Shown: positions 32,141 to 42,872 of the stretch, piece after piece | Position numbering within the stretch: position 1 is the stretch's first letter | How the letters are laid out: every line of letters begins with the position of its first letter | Assembly: GCA_965221645.1 (NCBI GenBank) | Contig: OZ244899.1 | Span: 2,581,458 to 2,645,457 of the forward strand | Length of the DNA: 64,000 bases | Origin: Alphaproteobacteria bacterium | GTDB taxonomy: Bacteria; Pseudomonadota; Alphaproteobacteria; Bin65 | Reading direction: 5' to 3' | The notes under the pieces: generated by a model | Databases searched by the model: none | What the model saw: only the letters and a program-made list of their open reading frames with translations | What the model was told of the DNA's origin: nothing | Translations under genes and position numbers: made by a program

Positions 32141-32610
32141 GTCAATGTCCTCGCATTCGTGTCTTTGTACCCAATCTATGTTTTGCGGAGTGTCAGGTGA
32201 AGCATTCTCGGACCTTTCGGGACAGATATCCTTGCCATCGGGATTTTCACAGTCGATCAGCGCTGTTTTCGTTGATTGACGTCAATCCTTCAGGCGACCC
32301 TTCCGGGAACCGGCATCGCGGTCGCGGTTACCGAATTCATCGCGGAGCAGCTTGCAGACACGGCGTCCGTTGCTGAAAATCAGGACAGACCTCAGATTTG
32401 TGCTCTCCGGTTTCTGCCACTCAGAGCGTTGGTGACGCAAGTCAAGGTTGCAGCCTGGCACATGCGACAACAGCCTTGATTGCTCGAAACGCGTCCCCTT
32501 CATCTTGACGTGCCGCGCTCCGAAGAAACCTGAATGACTGCTGCGTTTGAACCCGAAGGCCTGCAACTCTTTCCGCTTGCCCGGAATCACGTCCACGGAC
32601 GGATGAAATA

Positions 32611-33333
32611 TCAAACCGGCACGCCCAACGCTTCAGCCAGTTCCGGAAAGCTGTCCACTATGATGTCACAATCCGGATTTGCCGACGGATCGGGCGGGCC
32701 AGCTGGGCCCCATTCGTGAGGCCTGCGAACGAAAGCGGTTCTGAATCCGACAGCTCGAGCAGCATCCAGATCAAAGTTGTGGCAAGCCACCATGCAGCAT
32801 TCGCTGACGTCCATCTGCAGGTATTTTGCTACTGTCTGATAGCTTTCCGGAAGTATCTTGTATTTGCGGATTCCTTCGCAACTGAATACCGCATCCCACG
32901 ACAGGCCGTTCTTCTTCGCTGTATCCAGGATCAGCCGGTAAGACAGGATGGTGAAGCTGCAGACAAGATATTGCTCGCGCAGTTTCGGCTGGGTTGCCGG
33001 AAAGTCCGGCCAGCAGGTGAAATCATGGGGCGCTTCGTAGGCAATGGCGTGGATGTCCTCCGCCGTAAAGGCGTCCAGGTCATGTTCCTTGACCAGCGTT
33101 TCCAGGGTAAATCGGTGGGCGTCATCGAAAGTATAGGCAGGTGGCTCGTTCTCGCCGAGGTTGAGCATCGCGCCCAGGCTGCGCCGACGCAGGTCATTGG
33201 TGATTTCGGTCCAGTCCTTGTTGATTCCGTGCCGGGCACCGGCGCTGGCCAGTGCTGTCTTGAAGCCGGTGTGCCAGTCCAGGATGGTGCCTCCGGTATC
33301 AAAAGTGAGTGCCTTCACGCCAGAAAGGCTCAT
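32611..33333 (-). CDS. HAD-family hydrolase, haloacid dehalogenase type II-like
   Basis: LTFDTGGTILDW, MVACHNFDLDAA; ATG at 33333 overlaps upstream stop. Confidence 0.85.
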   Translation of the reverse strand: MSLSGVKALTFDTGGTILDWHTGFKTALASAGARHGINKDWTEITNDLRRRSLGAMLNLGENEPPAYTFDDAHRFTLETLVKEHDLDAFTAEDIHAIAYEAPHDFTCWPDFPATQPKLREQYLVCSFTILSYRLILDTAKKNGLSWDAVFSCEGIRKYKILPESYQTVAKYLQMDVSECCMVACHNFDLDAARAVGFRTAFVRRPHEWGPAGPPDPSANPDCDIIVDSFPELAEALGVPV

Positions 33334-34805
33334 GCGTTTTCTCCTGCAGTGTGGTCCGGTGTCGCTTTCCAGAAATACTTGATGAAGCCGCGTTTGTCGT
33401 CGACGCCACGGCGACGGAAGACCATTTTTACGGACATGCCGACTTCGACTTCGCCGGGTGAAACATCCGTCATGTCGGCCATCAGCCGTCCGCCTTCGTC
33501 GAACACCACCATGCCGAAATGGGCCGGTGGGTCTGGCGTATAGGTGAGGTTGTCCGCGGTCCAGCTTTGCACTGTTGCCGGGATCTCGGCGAAAGGGTGG
33601 GGGTCCTGGCTGTTGAACGCCCCGCAGTTCGGGCTGACGCATGCCCGGGTCTTGGGATATTGCACTGTCCCGCATGTTCGACATTTGCCGCCAACGAACC
33701 CCAGCACCATGTCACGATTGCGATAGAGTGCGCTGAGCGCCGTCGGTGCATCCAGCTCGGCCCGGATGCCGCGATCCTGGTCCAGCAGATTGTTGAAACT
33801 GAGATAACGGTTGTAGTTCGTTTCTTCCTTGCGTCGCGCCAGATAGCCCTTGACGCCCTGACGGGGCGACAGGGACAAGAGCGCTTCGGTTGTCCGAAAG
33901 ACCAGCACATCGCAGCCTTGGCCCCAGCCGATCACCACAATCGTCTGGCCCGGATCGGCGTCCTGCAGGCAATCTGCAAGCATCAGCAGCGGGTGAGCGG
34001 TTCCGGCGTGGCCTACCTGCGCCTGCAGGTTGTCACGCACAGTCCCGCTCGCGATTCCGGCGGCGGCAGCCACTTTTTGCGGCACGCCGCGAATGAGCGC
34101 CGGCATGATGAAGTGATCGACGGAGCCGCTGTCGATGCCGGTATCCTCCATCGCCGCCCGGATGGCGCGCGGGGCGATCTTGAAATAGCCTTCGTCCCGG
34201 ATCCAGCGTTCTTCCCAGTTGTAGTCATACTTGCTGTCGCTGCCACGGTAATGATCCACGAAGTCGATCGATAGCTGCGACCCGCCCAGATATTCGGCGA
34301 TCAGATCATTGCTGCCCACGGTGAAGGCTGCCGCCGCGTCTCCGAATTGCAGTTCCTGAGGGCCGGAGGTCTGCGTTCTCCGCTTGTCGGCAGTCACAAA
34401 CAGGGAGTCACCATTGGCGGCATTGCGCAGGGAATTCAGCACGCCGGACGTACCGGCGCGTTGCGATGCGGCAAAATCCATGGTGATGGTGGATTCGTCC
34501 AGATTCAGGGCTGTTGCCAAGATACCCGCATTTTGACGGTCGTCGAATGGCAAGGTGGTCGATGCAAACGTGACCCCGGCAATGGACGATGCCGAACCCT
34601 TGTCCAGACGCGCCGGCGTCAGGCAGTCCCGTGCAGCTTCCACCGCCATGGTCAGGCTGTCCTCGTCCCAGTTGCAGATCGCGCGCTCGCCCCTGGCCAG
34701 ACCCATGATCGCCGGATTGAACCATGCATTGGCTTCGGCTATCGCCTTTCGGCTCAGGCGGAGGCGTGGAATGTAGGCGCCGTAAGCTTTCAGTCCGACT
34801 GTCAT
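33330..34805 (-). CDS. HMG-CoA-synthase-like domain fused to DUF35 (Zn-ribbon/OB-fold)
   Basis: YGAYIPRLRL, DEDSLTMAVEAA, GDAAAA, GHAGTAH; C-terminal CRTC...CVSPNC and OB fold; SQRAG at the expected catalytic Cys position. Confidence 0.85.
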   Translation of the reverse strand: MTVGLKAYGAYIPRLRLSRKAIAEANAWFNPAIMGLARGERAICNWDEDSLTMAVEAARDCLTPARLDKGSASSIAGVTFASTTLPFDDRQNAGILATALNLDESTITMDFAASQRAGTSGVLNSLRNAANGDSLFVTADKRRTQTSGPQELQFGDAAAAFTVGSNDLIAEYLGGSQLSIDFVDHYRGSDSKYDYNWEERWIRDEGYFKIAPRAIRAAMEDTGIDSGSVDHFIMPALIRGVPQKVAAAAGIASGTVRDNLQAQVGHAGTAHPLLMLADCLQDADPGQTIVVIGWGQGCDVLVFRTTEALLSLSPRQGVKGYLARRKEETNYNRYLSFNNLLDQDRGIRAELDAPTALSALYRNRDMVLGFVGGKCRTCGTVQYPKTRACVSPNCGAFNSQDPHPFAEIPATVQSWTADNLTYTPDPPAHFGMVVFDEGGRLMADMTDVSPGEVEVGMSVKMVFRRRGVDDKRGFIKYFWKATPDHTAGENA

Positions 34806-34908
34806 GGTGTTCGTCTTGCTCCTCCGACGCGATCTGTTCTGTCTGATTTGGGCTGTCATTTCCCTTCTGGCACAGGGCCGGGTCAGGCTGCCGTGACCGG
34901 GCAAGTGG

Positions 34909-35703
34909 CTAGCCGCCGCTAGCCTTGCGAAAAACCGGCTTCTGCTTGTTCAGGAAGGCCTCGAATCCGATCCTGGTTTCTTCATCCCGGAAAGATTCGG
35001 TGATGAACCCGGCCTCCATGTCAAGTTGCTCTCCGAAGCTGTTGCCAGGTGCGGCTTCGATCAGTTTCTTGATCCGGCGGATAGCGTTCTGTGGCCCGTC
35101 GGCCAGGCGGCTTGCAATTGCCATTGCATCCTCCAGCGCGCTCCCGGGTTCGCTCAGGCGGTTGATCACGCCATGGCGATGCAAGGTTTGAGCTTCCACC
35201 GGATCGCCGAACAGGCACATCTCTGTTACCATCTGGCGAGGCAACAGGCGCATCAGCGAGGCTGTCGCACCGCCATCGGGGCTAAGCCCGATCTTGACGT
35301 AGGCGACCACAAACCGCGCTTCGCGCGAGGATATGATCAGGTCGCACGAAAGCGCCAGCGAGACGCCGGCGCCGGCGGCCACCTTCTCGACCGCTGCAAT
35401 GACAGGCTTGGGGCAGGCGCGGATCGCCTTGATCCAGTTGTGCAGTTGACCGATCGAGGCCATCGAGACCGAACAGGGTTGGGTGCGGCGGCGTGGAAAA
35501 TTGCCCACGTTGCCGCCGGAACAGAAGACGCCGTTGGCTCCGGTCAGAATGATCGCCCGGATGTCGGGGGCCGATCCGGCGTCGATGATGGCTGGCGTCG
35601 CCTTTTCATAGATATCTTTGGTTATGGCGTTCCGGGTTTCCGGGTCGTCGAGAGTCAGGACCATGACATCGTCCTGACGGTCGATATGGATGTCAGCGGG
35701 CAT
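34909..35703 (-). CDS. Enoyl-CoA hydratase/isomerase family protein
   Basis: FCSGGNV, KPVIAAVEKVAAGAG, GLSPDGG. Confidence 0.9.
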   Translation of the reverse strand: MPADIHIDRQDDVMVLTLDDPETRNAITKDIYEKATPAIIDAGSAPDIRAIILTGANGVFCSGGNVGNFPRRRTQPCSVSMASIGQLHNWIKAIRACPKPVIAAVEKVAAGAGVSLALSCDLIISSREARFVVAYVKIGLSPDGGATASLMRLLPRQMVTEMCLFGDPVEAQTLHRHGVINRLSEPGSALEDAMAIASRLADGPQNAIRRIKKLIEAAPGNSFGEQLDMEAGFITESFRDEETRIGFEAFLNKQKPVFRKASGG

Positions 35704-35876
35704 GAGTGTTTCTGCGTTCTTTGGACATGAGTCAGGTATGTCAGGATTTATCGTGGAAGGCCATGTTCTAAAGTCAGGGACTTATATACCGAAATGGCCC
35801 TCACGCAGCCAACCTGATATCGATTTCGCGGATCGTTGGAGTCTTTGGTGAGAACGCTTCTCGCCGTGCAGTCCGA

Positions 35877-36977
35877 TCAGATGCGACCTTCGGCAGACGG
35901 ATAGTCGTTGATACCCAGATCCTCGCGGAAATCAGATGACATTTCGGCCTTGGCTTCTTCCAGGGGTATGCCGGTTGCATCGGCGATCTTCACGACGGCA
36001 TCGTAGATCGCCAGCACACCCGCGGCATCGACCAGCGCGGCGTTGCCAATTTCCCGTCGCAGCGCCTCGCGGGCCATCGGAAAAGCCGCTCGCTCCGCAA
36101 AGAAAGTGTCGGCGAAACATGCCAGCGCCGCGCCGGCAACGACCCCGGCAGAACTGCCGTCGCCCTCCACGATAGCGGTCAGGTCATAGTCATTCCCAGT
36201 ATGTTCGCCGCTCCCACGGAGCAAAACCGCATGACTGGTGGTTCAGTAGACGCATTGGTTTATGGCGGATACACGCGCCGCCAGGAATTCCGTTTGGGCA
36301 TGGGTCAAGTCACGGTATTCGACCCCGAAATCCCTCAGTTTGGTGTCGGGAAGGTACTGGACCTTGTCCAGATCGAAGAAGCCGACCACCTCGCCTGGTA
36401 CCAGGCTCAGCGCCCGGTGGATGTTGACGCCGGCAAGACCATCGTACATCCCGGCTTCGGCTTCAGTGACGTCTTCCGGCGCCACGGTCGGGACCCATGC
36501 CAGACCGTCCCTTGCGCCCTCGGGTCGATGCCGCGATGGCGCGCCGTCGACGGGTTCAGGCAGGTCATGACGCGGAAGTCCCATCGCATCGCAGAAACTG
36601 TCGACGGCGACTACTGTCGCAAGGACACCAATGGCTTCGACGTAGTGGCCGTCTGTCACGCCATCGGCGATGGCGTCGTCAAAGAACTTGCGGGTCAGGC
36701 GACCGGCATCAGTACGGGTCCGGTGGACGACCTCAATCAGCGCCGCCGGAAGATCCGTGACCGAGGTATGCTCTCCGGAAACCGCATATGGAGACAGGGC
36801 GGCTTTTCGTTCCATGCACAACGTGCAGGTTGGCGCAGCCCGGGCTTCCTGCGCCATGGCGACGCGCTCGGCGCCCGTGAACCAGGTGCCTGGCCGCGCA
36901 AGTCGCCGCCAGGCGCGCTGATGGGCATCAGCGAGATCGGCACGAACTGGCATGGGGCTGTGGTCATATCCAATCAT
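35877..36977 (-). CDS. AhpD-like alkylhydroperoxidase-related protein, probable selenoprotein (UGA at 36243-36245 read as Sec; 366 aa)
   Basis: ORFs 36243..36977 and 35877..36224 are in the same frame; junction reads VSAINQ-C-V-Y-[TGA]-T-T-S-H-AVLLRGS, matching the AhpD CxxCxxxH motif. Confidence 0.8.
36203..36227 (-). ncRNA. Candidate bacterial SECIS hairpin
   Basis: mRNA GUU-UU-GCUCC-GUG-GGAGC-GGCG-AAC; G-first apical loop begins 25 nt after the UGA. Confidence 0.6.
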
Positions 36978-37090
36978 GGTCGGTGCCTTCTCTCCATCGC
37001 GGCGGGTTACGAGTTGCCGTTATACGGATGCTTAATCGGGTTCATGCCCATGTCGGAAGGATTTTGCTCCAGCAGTCGCTGTCAAGCTGT

Positions 37091-38449
37091 TTATGCCGCG
37101 GTCAGCCATTCGTCAAAATCCGTCAGTGCTCGTGTCGCCAGGGCGTGCCTGCGGTCGCGTCCCTTCAGGCGCTTGCCGCTGGATTCCGGTGGTGGCATGA
37201 GGCCGAAATTGATGTTCATCGGCTGGAATGTCTCGGCGTCTGCCCCGCCGGTTATGTGGCGCAGCAAGGCGCCCAGCGCCGTCGTTTCCGGTGGCGAAGT
37301 GAATGTCTCCTTCAACCGTTCCGCTGACGCCATGCGGCCGGCGAGAAGGCCGATGGCAGCGCTCTCCACGTAACCCTCGACGCCAGTGATCTGCCCTGCA
37401 AAGCGAAGCCGCGGGTCGGCGCGAAGGCGCAGCTGTCCGTCCAGAAGCTTCGGGCTGTTCAAAAAAGTATTGCGGTGGATGCCGCCAAGCCGGGCGAACC
37501 GTGCGTGTTCCAGGCCCGGAATCGTTCTGAAGACTGCAGCCTGTGCGGCGTATTTCAGTTTGGTCTGGAAACCGACCATGTTGAACAGCGTGCCCAGGGC
37601 GTTGTCCTGGCGCAGTTGCACCACCGCATGCGCCTTTCCGCCTGTATGAGGGTTGGTCAGACCGACCGGTTTCATGGGGCCATAACGCAAGGTTTCCCGG
37701 CCGCGGGCCGCCATCGCCTCGATCGGCAGGCAACCTTCGAAAAAAGGTGTGTCTTTCTCCCAGTCCCTGAAGTCGGTCTTGTCACCGGCGAGCAGTGCGT
37801 CGATGAAGGTGTTGTACTGCGCTCCGTTCATGGGGCAGTTGATGTAGGCCTTGGCGTTGCCCCCAGGACCGGGCTTGTCGTAGCGCGATTGCCGCCAGGC
37901 AATGCTTTCGTCGATCGAGTCAGCGTGGACAATGGGCGCGATGGCGTCGAAGAAGGCCAGCGCATCTTCACCAGTGAGTTCCAGAACGGCCTTCGACAGG
38001 GCCGGCGACGTCAGCGGGCCGGTAGCCACGATCACACTGTCCCAATCTGGCGGGGGACGGCCGGCCACTTCGCGACGTTCGATCGTGACCAGCGGATGGG
38101 CCTCCAATGCCCTTTGGACTGCTTCTGCGAAGCCGGTCCGGTCCACGGCCAGCGCGCCGCCAGCCGGCACCTTGTGAGCGTCGGCTGCGGCGAGAATCAG
38201 GGAACCTGCGCGCCGCATCTCCGCATGCAGGACGCCGACTGCATTGTATCCGGCATCGTCCGATCGGAAGGAATTGGAGCATACCAGCTCCGCCAGGATC
38301 TCGGTCTGATGGGCATCCGTTCCGCGAACCGGACGCATTTCATGAAGGACGACCGATACGCCGGCCTGCACGGATTGCCACGCCGCCTCGCAACCGGCCA
38401 GGCCACCCCCCACGACGTGAATGGGCGGCAGAGCGGAAAACGTGTTCAC
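37091..38449 (-). CDS. trmFO: tRNA m5U54 methyltransferase TrmFO
   Basis: [56 protein letters not shown]. Confidence 0.95.
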   Translation of the reverse strand: MNTFSALPPIHVVGGGLAGCEAAWQSVQAGVSVVLHEMRPVRGTDAHQTEILAELVCSNSFRSDDAGYNAVGVLHAEMRRAGSLILAAADAHKVPAGGALAVDRTGFAEAVQRALEAHPLVTIERREVAGRPPPDWDSVIVATGPLTSPALSKAVLELTGEDALAFFDAIAPIVHADSIDESIAWRQSRYDKPGPGGNAKAYINCPMNGAQYNTFIDALLAGDKTDFRDWEKDTPFFEGCLPIEAMAARGRETLRYGPMKPVGLTNPHTGGKAHAVVQLRQDNALGTLFNMVGFQTKLKYAAQAAVFRTIPGLEHARFARLGGIHRNTFLNSPKLLDGQLRLRADPRLRFAGQITGVEGYVESAAIGLLAGRMASAERLKETFTSPPETTALGALLRHITGGADAETFQPMNINFGLMPPPESSGKRLKGRDRRHALATRALTDFDEWLTAA

Positions 38450-38459
38450 CGGCTCGGAT

Positions 38460-40565
38460 TCAGGCCGCCAGCGCGGCGACATCCTGTACCGGCGGCGGTG
38501 CGAAGCGCGCGCCGTGAGCGTCTGCCAGGGCCGCGCATTCGTCGGCAAAGGACTCGACGCCGACCTGATTTACCCAAGAAAGCACACCACCGGTATACAT
38601 CGGGAATCCCCAGCCCAGAATCGATCCGACATCGGCGTCGGCCCGGTCCGTCACAACGCCTTCCTCCCGACAGCGCAAGGCTTCCAGCGCCTGGATATGC
38701 AGCAGCCGGCGTTTGATGTCGCCGGCTTCCGGTTGGATGGCGGCGCGGTCGAAGTGTTCGGACAAGCCTGGCCACAGGCGTTTCCGGTCGTCTTCCGGCC
38801 AGTCATAGAAACCCTTGCCCGCCTTTCGTCCCGGGCGATTCAGGGTCTCGACGAACAGTTCGATGACGTCTTCGGCGGGGTGCCCTTCGTAGGCGTCGCC
38901 CAGATCCTCCTGCCACTGGCGGCGGACGCTCAGCAAGAGGCTGAGGCTGGTATTGTCCACGACCTCCAGCGGGCCGACCGGCATGCCGGCAATCCTGGCC
39001 ACGTTCTCGATCAGGGCGGGCGTCACGCCCTGCTTCAACATGGCGATGCCTTCCATCACGAAGGAGGCGAATACGCGACTGGTGAAGAAGCCGCGTCCGT
39101 CGTTGACGACGATGGGCGTCTTGCCGATCGCCTGGACGTAATCCAGGGCCTTTGCGACGGTTTCGTCGCTGGTTTTGTCGCCCCGGATGATTTCGACCAG
39201 TGGCATCTTTTCAACCGGCGAGAAGAAATGAAGGCCGACGAAGTTCGCAGGACGGGTGCTGGCTTCCGCCAGACCGGTGATCGGAAGGGTTGACGTGTTG
39301 GAAGCGAAAACGGCGTCGTCGGCAATCCTGGCTTGAGCCTTTGCCGTGACGTCGGCCTTGAGCGCGCGGTCTTCGAACACCGCTTCGATAATCAGGTCGC
39401 TTCCGTCCAGCGTGTCATAATCGGCCGAAGCCGTGATGCGGTTCATCCGGGCAGCCAGGGTCTCTTTCGTCATCCGTCCCTGCCCGACCCGTTTTTCCAG
39501 CGGCGCGGCTGCGCGGAGTTTTCCTGCCTCGGCGCTTTCCCGATCCACGTCCATGAGGACAACGTCCATGCCCGCGCCGGACGAGACTCCGGCGATTCCG
39601 GCCCCCATCATGCCAGCACCCAGAATGCCCAGTTTGCCGACCCTGGATTTCGGCACGCCATCGGGCCGGGTCTTGAGCTTGCGGGCGTTGGCCATTTCGA
39701 AAAAACCGGTGCGCACCATCGCCTTGGTCACCGGGCTCCGGATCATGTTGACGAGATACTTGCTCTCCACGCGCAGCCCGACGTCGATGCTGGTCTGGCA
39801 GCCTTCGTAGACGCAGGACAGGATCGCCTGCACCGCAGGATAGTTTCCGAAGGATTTCTCGCGGCCCATGGCATTGGCGGCGGGAAACAGCTGCAAGCCT
39901 GCGGGGCCTTGCACCGCCCCACCCGGAATTCGGAACCCTTTCCGGTCCCATGGCTGGGTTGCATCCGGATTGTCGAGCGCCCATTGCCTGGCCACCGCCA
40001 TCGACTCGCCCGCGGGCGCGATCTGGTCGATCAGGCCCATCTTGTGAGCAGCGTCTACCGTGTATTTCCTCCCGTCCAGCAGCATTTTCAGCCCGGCCTG
40101 GAGGCCCAGCATCCGCGGCACCCGTTGTGTTCCGCCGCCGCCGGGCAAGACGCCAAGCGTGACTTCGGGCAGACCGACTCGTGTCTTCGGATTGTCTACC
40201 GCGACCCTGTAGTGACAGCACAGGGCTGTTTCGAAACCGCCGCCCAGCGCGTGTCCGTTGATCAGCGCCACGAATGGCTTGCCGCCGGTTTCCATGAGCC
40301 GGCCCAGCCTGTCGAACATCAGGAACTGGGGCAGGATCTCGTCGACCGTGCGATCTTCCAGGAACGTGTCGAGATCCGCACCAGCGATGAAATCGTCCTT
40401 GCCCGACGTCACGATCACACCCCTTGCCGCGTCATCGGCCACGGCTTTCTCCACTTCCTGCCGGAACAGGTCCATGGTCGTTTCGTTCATGACGTTGACC
40501 GGTCGGTCGGGAATATTCCATGTGATCGTGGCGATGCCGTCAGCATCAAGGGTGGTTTCGATCAT
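38460..40565 (-). CDS. Fatty-acid oxidation multifunctional enzyme (ECH + 3-hydroxyacyl-CoA dehydrogenase; FadB/FadJ-like)
   Basis: [38 protein letters not shown]. Confidence 0.93.
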   Translation of the reverse strand: MIETTLDADGIATITWNIPDRPVNVMNETTMDLFRQEVEKAVADDAARGVIVTSGKDDFIAGADLDTFLEDRTVDEILPQFLMFDRLGRLMETGGKPFVALINGHALGGGFETALCCHYRVAVDNPKTRVGLPEVTLGVLPGGGGTQRVPRMLGLQAGLKMLLDGRKYTVDAAHKMGLIDQIAPAGESMAVARQWALDNPDATQPWDRKGFRIPGGAVQGPAGLQLFPAANAMGREKSFGNYPAVQAILSCVYEGCQTSIDVGLRVESKYLVNMIRSPVTKAMVRTGFFEMANARKLKTRPDGVPKSRVGKLGILGAGMMGAGIAGVSSGAGMDVVLMDVDRESAEAGKLRAAAPLEKRVGQGRMTKETLAARMNRITASADYDTLDGSDLIIEAVFEDRALKADVTAKAQARIADDAVFASNTSTLPITGLAEASTRPANFVGLHFFSPVEKMPLVEIIRGDKTSDETVAKALDYVQAIGKTPIVVNDGRGFFTSRVFASFVMEGIAMLKQGVTPALIENVARIAGMPVGPLEVVDNTSLSLLLSVRRQWQEDLGDAYEGHPAEDVIELFVETLNRPGRKAGKGFYDWPEDDRKRLWPGLSEHFDRAAIQPEAGDIKRRLLHIQALEALRCREEGVVTDRADADVGSILGWGFPMYTGGVLSWVNQVGVESFADECAALADAHGARFAPPPVQDVAALAA

Positions 40566-40699
40566 CTTCGGGTGTCTCTTGCGCGATGGGGCAATTCAGC
40601 CGAAGACTATAGAACACGGGACTTGAAAGACGAACAGGCCGGGTGTCACATTCACTGGCGGACGACAAACGCAACAGCAGCAGAGAAAGGGACCCCGCC

Positions 40700-41506
40700 A
40701 TGAACGAAGTGGCCGGCATTCGAAGTAGATACGAGGGAATGGGCCGGATCGTCACCGAGCGGCGGGAGCATCTGTTTCTGATCAGCATTGACCGACCGGA
40801 AAAATACAATGGCTTTACACCGAAGATGTGTCTCGAACTGGCCGAGGCGTATCACGAGTACGAAGCCGACCCGACACTTCGCTGTGCCGTCCTGTCGGCG
40901 GAGGGCGACAACTTTACCGCCGGTCTCCAGCTTGGCGAATTCGACATCACGGAACCGGACTTCTTCCCGAGGGAACTGGTTGATCCGCTGAACCTCCGTG
41001 AGCCCTTTCGGAAAAAGCCCGTGATCGCGGCGGTAAAGGGCATATGCTTCACGATCGGGATCGAACTGATGCTCGCCGCCGACATCGTGATCGCCGAAGC
41101 AGACACGCGCTTCGGCCAGATAGAGGTCAAACGGGGCTTGATGGCCTTCGGCGGCGCCACGATGCGCTTTGTCGAACGGGCCGGATGGGGGAACGCGATG
41201 AGTCTGCTGCTGACCGGCGATGAATTCGGTGTCACGACGGCGAGCCGCATGGGCTTCGTCCAGGAAATCGTGGACAGGGGTCAGGGCCGCGATCGGGCGA
41301 TGGAACTGGCCCGGACCATAGCCCGGCAGGCACCGCTGGCTGTCCAGGCGACCCGTGCCAATGCTGCGATCTACGAGCGTGAGGGACCGGTAGCGGCCGT
41401 GGCCGCCTTCGATCACCAGCTGAAGGAGATTGCCGCCACGGAGGATTTTGCCGAGGGCGTGCAGTCGTTCATCGAGCGGCGCGATGCCGTTTTTACCGGC
41501 CGCTGA
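40700..41506 (+). CDS. Crotonase/enoyl-CoA hydratase family protein
   Basis: FTAGLQL, KPVIAAVKG, EVKRG. Confidence 0.9.
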   Translation: MNEVAGIRSRYEGMGRIVTERREHLFLISIDRPEKYNGFTPKMCLELAEAYHEYEADPTLRCAVLSAEGDNFTAGLQLGEFDITEPDFFPRELVDPLNLREPFRKKPVIAAVKGICFTIGIELMLAADIVIAEADTRFGQIEVKRGLMAFGGATMRFVERAGWGNAMSLLLTGDEFGVTTASRMGFVQEIVDRGQGRDRAMELARTIARQAPLAVQATRANAAIYEREGPVAAVAAFDHQLKEIAATEDFAEGVQSFIERRDAVFTGR

Positions 41507-41517
41507 CGGAGGGGACG

Positions 41518-41832
41518 ATGAGTGACGACATCCGACGGCAACACGACATGGGTGGGCTGGACAAGGGGCCGGTCACGCTGGCCGAGCACGAAATCGAGCC
41601 GTGGGAAAAACGTATCGAGGCGATCATGCGTCTATGCTCGATGCGGGACGATCCGATCCTGACGGTCGACGAGTTGCGTCGCGGAATCGAGGAACTCCCT
41701 GAAGAACTCTACGATACGTTGACGTATTACGAACGATGGATCATGTCGCTGACGAATATTCTGGTGGAGAAGGGTGTCGTCAACCGCGACGAACTGGAGG
41801 AACGCGTCAGGGAACTGGAGGCGACGGCGTGA
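41518..41832 (+). CDS. Nitrile hydratase beta N-terminal half (thiocyanate hydrolase ScnB-like)
   Basis: HDMGG, EPWEKR, DELRRGIE, YYERW. Confidence 0.85.
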   Translation: MSDDIRRQHDMGGLDKGPVTLAEHEIEPWEKRIEAIMRLCSMRDDPILTVDELRRGIEELPEELYDTLTYYERWIMSLTNILVEKGVVNRDELEERVRELEATA

Positions 41833-42146
41833 CCGACGCGCGCTTTCAGGTCGGCGATCCCGTTCTTGTCACGCCCCGCCATCCTGCCGGACGGTGCCAT
41901 ATTCGCACGCCCTTCTATATCCGCGGCAAGATCGGCAGGATCGAGCGGATCTGTGGTGCTTTCAGGAATCCTGAGGATCTGGCTTTCGGAAAGTACGAGA
42001 CCATCCGCATCCCTCTGTACCGTGTTCGCTTCGATCAGGTTGAAGTCTGGGACGATTACGCCGGGAATCCTGACGACACGATCGAAGTCGAGATATTCGA
42101 GCACTGGCTGGAACCGGCCGAAGGAAACTCCACCGATGCCCCATGA
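41829..42146 (+). CDS. Nitrile hydratase beta C-terminal SH3-like half (ScnA-like)
   Basis: RFQVGDPV, HIRTPFYIRGKIG, LYRVRF, VEIFEHWLEPA; GTG start overlaps upstream TGA. Confidence 0.85.
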   Translation: MTDARFQVGDPVLVTPRHPAGRCHIRTPFYIRGKIGRIERICGAFRNPEDLAFGKYETIRIPLYRVRFDQVEVWDDYAGNPDDTIEVEIFEHWLEPAEGNSTDAP

Positions 42147-42774
42147 ACAGCACGAACACGCGCACGATCATTCTCATGCGCCGGTCCAGGCGGACGAACC
42201 GCAGGGCCACTACCAGCGCCTGGCCGATGCGACGCGCAGCCTGCTGATCGAGAAGGGTGTTTTCACCGCCGGCGACATGCGCGCGGTCATCGAGAAAATA
42301 GATGGCCGTTCCCCGGCGCTCGGTGCCAGGATCGTGGTGCGCGCCTGGACGGACCCGGCGTTCAAGAAGCGTCTTCTTGCCCGTGGCAAGCAGACAATGC
42401 TGGAGGAAATGGACATCGACCCGGTGGTGGCCGATATCGTGGTCGTCGAGAATACGCCGGACGTCCACAACGTCGTCGTCTGCACGCTCTGTTCCTGCTA
42501 TCCGGTCTTCATCCTGGGCCGCCCCCCGGACTGGTACAAGAGCCATGCCTATCGCAGCCGGGTGGTGCGGAATCCCCGTGGCGTCCTGCAGGAATTCGGA
42601 ACGACCATCGATCCCGCGCGGGAGGTGCGCGTTCATGATTCGACCGCAGACATGCGCTATCTGGTGATTCCGATGCGGCCTGACGGAACTGACGGCTGGC
42701 CGGAAGACAGGCTCGCCGAGCTTGTCACACGCGACACGATGGTGGGGACAGCGGAAGTTTCCGCCGCAAGTTGA
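42136..42774 (+). CDS. Nitrile hydratase alpha subunit (ScnC-like), Co-type motif
   Basis: GARIVVRAWTDPAFK, VVCTLCSCYP, PPDWYKS, VHDST, MRPDGT. Confidence 0.92.
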   Translation: MPHEQHEHAHDHSHAPVQADEPQGHYQRLADATRSLLIEKGVFTAGDMRAVIEKIDGRSPALGARIVVRAWTDPAFKKRLLARGKQTMLEEMDIDPVVADIVVVENTPDVHNVVVCTLCSCYPVFILGRPPDWYKSHAYRSRVVRNPRGVLQEFGTTIDPAREVRVHDSTADMRYLVIPMRPDGTDGWPEDRLAELVTRDTMVGTAEVSAAS

Positions 42775-42834
42775 TGCCGGAAAACCGGGGCCTTCGCTTG
42801 TGCTCTTGCCGATCGCGTCGGCATGACTTAATGC

Positions 42835-42846
42835 TTGCAAATGCAA
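42835..42846. promoter_or_regulatory. Palindrome TTGCA-AA-TGCAA upstream of LLM gene (candidate operator)
   Basis: Perfect 5-bp inverted repeat 27 nt before the ATG at 42873. Confidence 0.4.
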
Positions 42847-42872
42847 ATATATGACTATCGGGAAGATTCATC

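Noticed and set aside
32141-32614. ORF 32282..32614, whose frame continues past a TGA into the thiolase, considered as a second Sec read-through
   Set aside because: No Cys-type motif at the TGA, no SECIS-like hairpin noticed, and the thiolase has its own normal start.
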